This document shows, one piece after another, positions 54,568 to 64,000 of a stretch of 64,000 nt of DNA. The DNA comes from the human T2T-CHM13v2.0 reference genome, Homo sapiens. The notes beneath the pieces were generated by a model that was not told the DNA's origin, made no database searches, and was given only the letters and a program-made list of their open reading frames with translations. Numbering within the stretch: the stretch's first letter is position 1; every line of letters begins with the position of its first letter. The position numbers were made by a program, and so were the translations under genes. Where the stretch lies: the NCBI RefSeq assembly GCF_009914755.1, contig NC_060928.1. The stretch is one strand, 5' to 3'.

Positions 54568-55324
54568 TAGGGCAAAAGTACTTGCATGTTCCCTTACATT
54601 CCTACCTCCAAACAATTTCAGAATGCCATGCCCCAGTCCACAAACTCCACCCTTCCATCTGTCACCAAAATCTAAGTATTTTGCAGAGTTAAGCATAATT
54701 CAACCCCTTATGAAATCTGCCCCATTTAACACTGGGCATGCTAATCATATCCAATAATTTCTCCTGTCACCGTTTGGTTTCTTTTACCTTCTAAAAGCTT
54801 TACTTCTGTGATATATGCCTTTCTGATGGAACTATAATTACTGGAACATTGAATTTAATGTCCAGAAACAGGAATAGATATTAGCAGATTAATCAGATAT
54901 TCATTTAGGTTTTATTATAAAGAATCAATTGATTCAACAACAAAAACTTACACATCTTACACAAAAAAACACATCTCCTGTTAATGCACCTGTTTCCATG
55001 GTTCCTGCCCTAAGATTGTACCTGGAAAAAAGTAGACAAACAGGAGTAAGAACATGGGTTAGAATGGTTTCAGTGCTATAGTTCCAACAAAGTGTGATAT
55101 GTGTATGATAAATATTCAAAATGGGATTGTGAAAAAACACCTCTTCCAATTTATTCTTTTCTATTTTTTTCATTTTTCTTTTCTGTACTAGTAGCATTTA
55201 CTAAATGCAGTTAGTAGGAATAACAATTAGTTAAATTAACCAAGTCTTAATGCCTTATATCTGAATCATTTATTTGAATGACATCAAGACTGAGAGAATA
55301 AGTTTTAAAATTTAAACACAGTGA

Positions 55325-55728
55325 TGCATCCGCTGTGGAAAACAGTTTGGTGGTTCCTTACAGTATTAACCACAGAATTACTATATGATCCAGCAATTCT
55401 GCTCCTAGGTCTATACCCCAAAGAATTGAAGGCAGGGATCCAAACAGATACTTGTGTACCAATGCTCATAGCAGCACAATAGCCAAAAGGTGGAAAGAAC
55501 CCAAGTGGCCATCAACATATTTCACATTTTGTTTGAACGGATAAACAAAATGTGATATATAGCTACAATGGAATGTTATTCAGCCTTAAAAGGGAACAAG
55601 ATTCTGATAGTTGCTACAACATGGATAAACCTCAAAAACACTATGCCAAGTGAAATAAACCAGACACAAAGGGACAAATATTGTATGATTCCACTTATAT
55701 GAGGTACCTGGAGCAGTCAGATTCATGA
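55325..55728 (+). mobile_element. L1MA/MB-type fragment
   Basis: gctgtggaaaacagtttgg...atgatccagcaattc...ggataaacaaaatgtg...atgattccacttatatgaggtacc. Confidence 0.85.
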
Positions 55729-55780
55729 CTGCTGCTTCATGAATCTCACTGCTCTAGGTACCTCATATAAGTGGAATCAT
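55685..55780. repeat. Inverted repeat: 44-bp arms, 8-nt spacer
   Basis: 55685-55728 versus reverse complement of 55737-55780: 42/44 identical; spacer ctgctgct. Confidence 0.96.
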
Positions 55781-57053
55781 GAACCCTCAAATCTAAAATA
55801 AAAGAAAATCTAATTGTAAAAATAAATTAAGACATTATTACATATAAAAGGATCTACTTTGCTGAGGAATTTATCCAAGCATCCCTTTAAACAGGCAGCT
55901 GCTTCCCTCATAAACTTAATTGTTCACTAATGGATCGTTAACACCCCAACAAAAGCTGTTGAGAGCAGAAACGCTATTTGGATTTAACCTATAAATTAAC
56001 TTTGAAAAAGTTATGTAATAATTTTACTAATATCTTATCAAGAGAGTCGGGAGGTTATGGGATTGGCTTGGAACCAGTTTCTGGGCTAATTGGAAGGAGG
56101 TACAAAGAAGCTTTAGAGAAGCAGCTCAGGAAGCTGGAAGACTGTCCAGCACACAGTCTTGGGCAAGAAATCAGCCCACCTTCACTTCTGTCCTCTTATA
56201 GGAGGCACTGGCCCCTCTCAAGCCTCGCATGAGAATTCAACACAGCTGAGGTGAGTTGGGCTGTGGCGGTGAGAGAGCACAGCTGCCTTCCAAGCTGATG
56301 ACCCGAGTTTTCATTTTAATAGTTCAGCTACCTTTTCTAGTAAACAGTGAACCCTTTGAGGTCAAGGATCAAGTTTTCTTTGTAGCATGCTGCCTTGCAA
56401 GTATTTCACACATGCTGGGTGAATAATATTATTTTATAAAAAGTGAATAAATTAATGAATGACTAATAAAAAATGACAACAGAAGGTCCAACAACATGGT
56501 TATAAATCAGCTCTGAATTTTTAATATTTAGATCTTTGAGTCATAAAAGTTCAAATGACCCACACGATTTTCCTTAGAAACACTCCTCAAAGCATAAAGT
56601 GAGAAAAAATTGTGTTTAAGTTTATTCTATCTTCTGTTACAAAAGGGATGTATTTTCTATTGCTTTTGTAACTCTGCCTTGTACCCAAATGCACCACATT
56701 CATAATAAGTACTGTTGACAGAATGAATGACGAGGCAAAAAATAGCTCGCAGTACTTTTCATTTTTTATAAGTGTGGAAAGCATATTAAACCATTTGCTG
56801 ATTAAAAATATGCGTGTTTTGACTTGCATATGAATCAAATTAACATACATAAATCCAACATCTTCACATCACTAGATTCACAGCCATAACCAATATAATT
56901 TTCCATGTTTCTTCAAATTCATCAATTCCAGAGTGACATAATTAAGTTATTAGGCATAAAATACACAGTAATGATTTATAACTGAAAACTAACTTTTGTT
57001 TTAATTCAATGATCATTTATCCTCTAAAAGTAAAAACAGTACAAGATCATTGA

Positions 57054-57212
<159 letters not shown>

Positions 57213-60200
57213 TAAGATTTTATGTTGAATTTAGCTCTATAAATACTTACTACCACTAAGGGAAACTAAAGTTTGAGGTATAGAACAAGAACTCTTATCC
57301 CTCAGTATGATTAATTCCTATAGATGAAAGTACTATGTTGAATCCTAGCACCTTGCTGAGTTGTATAGCCCCAGAAATGTGCAAGCTTCCTGGTTGCAGT
57401 TTCCATAACTTCACCTCCTACCTGCCGCTTTACTCTAGCTGGTCCATCCCCACCTTCTTTTCTCCAAGACTCTGGTTTAGGGCAGGGAAGACTCTCTGGG
57501 AACCAGACAAACACTCTGTACACTGTTACACTAACGGATCAGGCCATGGTCCTGGGAGGAAGAACACATCCAAGCTGCAAACCTGGGTCAGACTACACCA
57601 GGTCTGGGCCAAGCCAATTAAGAGGGCCCAAGGGCTGTTATTAAAAGACACTCTGTCCCTTCCTCTTAGCTCTGCAGTCCCTTAGGATTCACCACCACCT
57701 GGAGCACCTCTCTAGGATCAAGAAAGTAGCCTGAGTAGAATCTCTAGCACCCAGCCTCCCCTTACAGCCTGCTATTGGTATACATCTGACACTATAAATC
57801 TGGCACCATATAAATGCCCAGCACTTTGGTCATTGAGTCCTTCTAGAGCTGCTGGCACTGAGCCTATGAGAGCAATAGGCATCTTTCTAGCAGAATGTTT
57901 TCTAACCTTGTCTTGTGATGTGAATTCTCCAGGGCTGTTGATATAAACATAGATCCCAGGACCTTTCTCTAAGCATTCATATTTATAGTGGGTCTATTTG
58001 GGATCCAGGAATCTGAATGTTTAACAAGTGCCCAGGTAATACTCTTCAGCTGGGAATATTGGAAAATACTGTGTTCAAGCACTCTTCAAAGTGCTCACCC
58101 TAGTCTCTTGGTGAGGGGAGTTGCTGTTTGTGGATTTAAACCTTGTCCTCTATGGAGATGATTAAAGTGAGAATGCTGGGAAGTCTATGTAAATCCAAGG
58201 CATGCTACCATTACTATGATTACATACCTTTAGCCACAGCCACCAGGACACTAAGCACAGTCTGGGTGAGCCTCTTCTCAATACACAGAGCTAAGTGACT
58301 GAGAGCCTAGAAGATGGAGTAGGACAAGGAGTGGCCAAAGGCAGTGGAGAGAGGGAGGAGGAGCAAAGCCTGAAATCTGGAAATCAATGCATATGTATTT
58401 CAATCCACAATTGCTTTGGCTGCTGATACAAATCAAAGGAAGAAGGAGGGAGATGCAGGGAAAAAATGTAAACAGCTAGGTAAGTGCAGCATTCTGTTAA
58501 ACATGAATTTTCAGATATTAAAGAAGGACTATCTTAGCAAAGTTATTCATTTATTTATTGAACTTCCAATTTTAGTTTTTAGTACTGCTGTGTAAATGAA
58601 TCTGAGTTGGATTCCTCAACTCAACTAGATGCTAAGATAAGCATCCGTATGAAGGGATACTCATGAGTTTTATTGATTGCCACTCTGGGAAAAGATTTCT
58701 ATCCTGCCAGTTTAGCTGCTGACTTACACCATGAATTACAGAGGGATGTAGTTAGAGCATAGTCCCCTCACAGACACAAATATCAGGACCTTCCCTACAA
58801 TATGGATGAAGAAAATTTGCAATGATGCCAGAAATGAAAGAAATGAGTATTGTTGCAGGGTGCTAGAAGATAATTTGGAGATAACAACTACTCTCTTCTT
58901 CAGACTTGAACAAGAAGTTGTGAGCTAAATAGTAGCCTGCAAAATCACCTGGCATTAATACAAGGAAAACCTTGCTCCATGTCTCCTTAAAAAAAGATGA
59001 ACACAGTCTCTGTGATTGAAATATGTGCCTGCATAGTAACAAGGCAATGGACTAGCTTTTTATCATCCCATCTAGACCTGTGATTATACAGCGAAATATT
59101 AACAATGAATGCAACCTCAGCAAAGGCACATTGTACAAGAAAATAGCATGTATGAGAAAAGAGGTTAAATCTTCTAAATGCAATGATTTAGTAAGAATCC
59201 TTCAAGTGTCTGAATAATTTTTTTCTTAAATATAGGAATTTAAAGTTAAGTATCCTCATGTCAGAAATTTATCTTATTCTCTTTAGAAGTTGTGGTTCCT
59301 TCTATTGTGACAAACTTTCCCAAAGAATGAGATGCAGCCAGGACAAAGCTTTGGGACAACTAGGGAGTATACTAGATGCCAAAAGTATATTAGGGCCAAA
59401 TATGCCTCATAGTAGCCTCCCTTGACAGTCACATAAAATATGCAAAAAAGATACTCAACAATTCTCATTTTCAATTATAATGCCTTAGGTCTCATTACTT
59501 TTTCCTCAGATCAGTATAAGGAAAAAAGTTTTTCCGTGCTCATCCTGCTGATAAAACTTCAATCACTGAAACTTTCCCTTTAAAACTAACAAGGCTTTTT
59601 ATCTCCCTCCGTTGGCCAGATAATGATTTTACAGGCCACTCAGAATTACCAGAGAGAGCTGCAACTGGAGCAGCAGAAATAAATGAGATCCCTGTAGATA
59701 AACCACATAATTCATGGCAGTCAGGAGTTGCAGCCTCTTCTGTCACTTAACCTTGTACCAAGGCTGCTGTGGGTAATTTGATTCCCTGTGTACCTTTCTC
59801 TGTCGGAATGGAGAGTGAATTTTAGGGAGATGTCAGACTGGCAGAAGGGGAGACAACACCCTGTGAAGGAAGGAAAACTGCATAAGGATTTAGGAGATTT
59901 AACCGAAATATGCCACCTAAGATCGATTATTTCACTACTCAAAAATCTTAATTTCCTTATCTGAAAGAGAGAAGGTGGCACTGAACCTGTGAGATAGAGA
60001 TCCTGAGATCTGGAAGGACTCTCTAAAGTCCTTGCTTGGGGCAAGTGGGGAAGTAAGTGGGCTCTGGGCTGTGGTTCTCTCAGAATGATTCTGCTTTGGT
60101 CTGTTTACACATCAGGATTTCATGTAAGATTTCATTTTCTGAAAGGTATCCGATGCTAAAGAAAGTTAAAACATCTGTTTCCTTCTAGCTCTACCACCCT

Positions 60201-60643
60201 CTGATTTTTTTTAACAGCCTATGATAAGAGGAGATGAATGCCTGCTAAAGCGACCAGAAGGCTCTCAGTAAAAAGTATTCACTAGGTATCAATAGAATCT
60301 GCAAAACGAAGAGGTGCTTGAAAGATGTGAAAGAGGAAACTTAAAGAGAAACCCAGATGGTACATCTCTCTTCCTGGCTAGGTAAGAGGCTGTCTCACTC
60401 TTGCCTTCTCACAGCAAAATTTCTACCCTTTCTCCTGAGGTGCTCAACTCTGGCTGCCCAGCAGATCCCCTGTGGTGGTATTAAATGATAGAAGGGTCTG
60501 ATCTGCCACTCTGGGGATTCTGACTCAACAGATGTGGTTTTTAAGATCCAGAGGTGGTTTTGACGTGTAACTAGGATTGAGAATTTCTGCCTGGCGTCAG
60601 CCCTTCGACCTTTAATAAAACTGCTCTCCTAAAAGACATTGAT

Positions 60644-60960
<317 letters not shown>

Positions 60961-61799
60961 AGACATTGATCATTGATGACACCCTACAATGTAAGTTATC
61001 ATTTTTAGGTAGATGACTCCAAATCTAATCCTCTATAAACAACCACATTCTATCCGGGTGTCTCATCAACTTTTTTTCCAACAACCAGTCTTGCCTTCCA
61101 AGATCCTCTTATCTGTAGTGGCCCAACACTTCTTCCAGTGACTCAGGCTCCCAGTGACTTGAAGGCATCCACGACTGCCATTCCCCGTGCCCCAGAATCC
61201 CATCTGCACAAACATAGTAAACCTACCCTTGTATCTGATCCTAAACCAGGTCCTTGCTTTCCATTCCTCCCGCCACTCTTCAAACCGGGCTCCCTTTATT
61301 ACTTGATAAATTGTTTACAGTCATGTGATCGGAGTGTCATTCTCCCATCTTTACCCATTATGATCCACCCCAATCTGACTTGTTAGCTCCTTATTCAAAA
61401 CTGCAATGGCTCCCCGCTGACTATCTTTTAAAAACAAACCCCTTCATCTATCTCTTAGATTTCACAATAGGAACCCAATCTAAGTTTCCAGGCTTATCTT
61501 TGATTACATAGCAGCATGAACACAATCCACCATCTAAAGAGCATTACCCTTTCTTCTGTAAACATGTCCTAGGCTTTTTAGATCCTATGCCTTTGCCCTT
61601 ACTCTTCTCTCCACCTAAAATACCCTCCTCTCCTTTGTAAGCCACCTCCTTCCCAATGGCTCTCCAGCTCTTTCCAAATGAATCTGAATGGCAGTAACAC
61701 TGTGCTTGACTCTTCCGCAGCAGTCATAACATCCTGTCTTGCAGCATGCTTATCTTCTCTCTCCTCGTTTGCTGAGGTCTTGCTTCTTCAGAGCACTGC

Positions 61800-62075
61800 C
61801 CTGTGAGCCTTGTCGCTGTATGGAAAGAGAGTGGGCTTTGGAGCCAGTGATCCCTGTGTTTAAATTCCAGCTCTACCAACAAACAGCCATTTGAACTGTT
61901 AAATTATTTGAACTGTTCAAATTATTTAGCCCTTTCCTGCCTTAGTTTCTCCATCTGTAAAATGGGAATATTAATATCCAATTCCTAGAATTAAGATGAA
62001 GTCTGAGATAATGCATGTAAAGTGCCTGACACACACACAAAGGCTTTCAACAAATGGTAGTCCCATTAATAAATG
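61800..62075 (+). mobile_element. MIR SINE
   Basis: gggctttggagccag...aaattccagctctacca...ttagtttctccatctgtaaaatgggaata...gataatgcatgtaaagtgcct. Confidence 0.8.
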
Positions 62076-62400
62076 TCAAACAGAGGCTTGACAGGCTTTT
62101 ATCTATATTGGAAGGTGACACCCCACTAATCCAGCTTGATGGAACCATTTTCTGTAGATATTCACCACCTGGTCCTTCTTACCTGTTAAGAAGATTACAG
62201 GGCTATTTTTATTTTTGAGACAATACTCTGAAGCAGAGAAGTAATAGCTTCCTCCCTATTATCTGTCTGTTTGCCAGTAATAATAAGGATTGGTGGTAAT
62301 AGTGAAATGACAGGTAGACAAGAACAGGAAGAAAGAGCAGCAAGAAAACTCTAAATTAAAATATTCAGCACTTACTGAGAGACATAAAATATCCACAACT

Positions 62401-62690
62401 GGCTGGGTGTGGTGGCTCACACCTGTAATCCCAGCACTTTGGGAGGCCAAAGCAGACAGATCGCTTGAGCCCAGGAGTTCCAGACCACCCTGGGCAACAT
62501 GGTGAAACCTCATCTCTACAAAAAATACAAAAATTAACTGGGGGTGGTGGCATGCACCCATAGTCCTGGCTACTCAAGAGGCTAAGGTGGGAAGATCATC
62601 TGAGCCTGGGGAGGTCAAGGCAGTGAGCCAAGATTGCACCCCTGCACTCCAGCCTGGCTGACAGAGACCTCGTCTCAAAAAAAAAAAAAA
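62401..62690 (+). mobile_element. AluJ SINE
   Basis: gatcgcttgagcccaggagtt, gggcaacatggtgaaacc, gaggtcaagg diagnostics; poly-A tail. Confidence 0.92.
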
Positions 62691-63564
62691 GCTGAAAACC
62701 TTCCAAAATAAATATTATCAAGTTGCAAATGTAGTAAATAAAGAAATAATTCACCACAGTCAGCTAGCTTATTTCAGAGAGGTAGAAGTTATCAAATAAT
62801 AGGAAAGCCATTAACATAATACATCCAATCATTATGTCAAATACAAAAGAATAGACTTGCTTCTATACATGCTTAAAACATATTTGGTAAGAATCAACAG
62901 CAATCCCTGATACTATTATTTTAAGAGGAGAAGTAGAAAAAATACTTACTAAATATAAGAAAAAGTATTCGATTAAAACCAATAGCCATCATTATATTTA
63001 ATAGCAAAACATTAGTTATATTCCCATTAAAATATGCACAAAAAAGGAATATTGTTTAATATAGTTCTGAAAGCTGTGATCAATGCAATAACACATGATA
63101 CAAAAGATATACTATTAACAAAGAAGAGATAAAATGATACTTATTTTGTGACAGTTATTGTATGACTATAAGTCCAAATAAATAACTTGAAAATTGTTTA
63201 AACACAAGGGGCTGAAAGTAAGATAGGCAGAAATCAAAAGCATTCCAATATAATTGTAATAATCAGCTAGAAACTTTTAAATGTATGTATATGTATGTAT
63301 ATATATATATAGTTTACCTTTTCTAAAACAGATTTGAGATGGTTTTAAAAAAAAGCTCATATGGTAGTAAGAAGAAAAAATATATAAAACATCTAGAAGT
63401 AGCTTTAATGCATAATGTCTTTCAAATAGTCAAAGAAAAGAACAAAATTTTATTAAGATATATTTATTAAAGTTTGAGAAAATGGAAAAATACACTATGT
63501 TCCTGGGCAGAAAGATGTTGATATAAATATTTAAATATTTTCCAAATAATGTAGGTTTAACCAA

Positions 63565-63970
63565 GACATTCAACAAGTATTTATTGAGCACCCACTGTAT
63601 ACCAAGCAAAATGCTAGGTACTAGGGATACAGTCATGAACAACACAAAGGCTCTGCCCTCCTGGTGTTTCAATTCTTGAGGAGTTGGCACAACAAACAAA
63701 TAAAGCCTTAATATAGTATAGTGTCAGGTAACGATATGTGCATTGAATAAAAATAAAATAGGGTTAAGGGATAGAGAATGAAAGAAGGGGGATGTGGTCA
63801 GGGAAGGTCTTTGAGGGAGTAACATTGGAACAGATACTTGAATAAAGTGTAGGAGAGAGCCGTGTGGCTATCTGGGAGAGCAGTATTTCTTGCAGAGGGA
63901 ACAGCAAATGCAAAGGCCCCAACATGCTACCAGCCTGATATAGTCTAGAAACTGCAAGAAATGTAGTGTT
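63565..63970 (-). mobile_element. L2a LINE 3' end, followed by the start of an Alu at about 63975-64000
   Basis: cattcaacaagtatttattgagcacccactgtatacc...ctagggatacagtcatgaac...gagggaacagcaaatgcaaaggccc. Confidence 0.85.
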
Positions 63971-64000
63971 GCACTGGGCACGGTGGCTCATGCCTGTAAT

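Noticed and set aside
61889-61927. Short 17-18-bp duplication and 17-bp palindrome; similar short repeats at 41287-41335 and 31682-31750
   Set aside because: Small slippage-type events, too short to suggest function.

Overview
This is primate (human-like) genomic DNA covering the 5' end of the tetraspanin gene TSPAN5 on the minus strand. The only host coding sequence is coding exon 1 (45100-45180, 27 codons, MSGKHYKGPEVSCCIKYFIFGFNVIFW, followed by a GTAAGT donor). It lies in a CpG island at about 44900-46400. Positions 1-45099 are intron 1 (no second exon recognised), and about 46400-64000 is upstream flank. The rest is mostly interspersed repeats: Alu, MIR, L2, L3, L1M/L1PA, MaLR LTRs, hAT/Tigger/piggyBac MITEs, and a 5'-deleted HERV-S/HERVL18-type provirus with an integrase core, env remnants and a 3' LTR18. 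I found no evidence for a new multi-gene biological system; almost all listed ORFs are repeat-derived or GC-rich noise. The most notable sequence-level oddities are a 44-bp-arm fold-back hairpin, a 151-bp non-tandem duplication, a probable retrocopied 3' UTR carrying a sense poly(A) signal, an out-of-frame uATG overlapping the TSPAN5 start, a perfect 52-bp tandem duplication and two twin-priming L1 inversions. Repeat family names come from recall of consensus sequences, not from a database search, and boundaries of old repeats are approximate.
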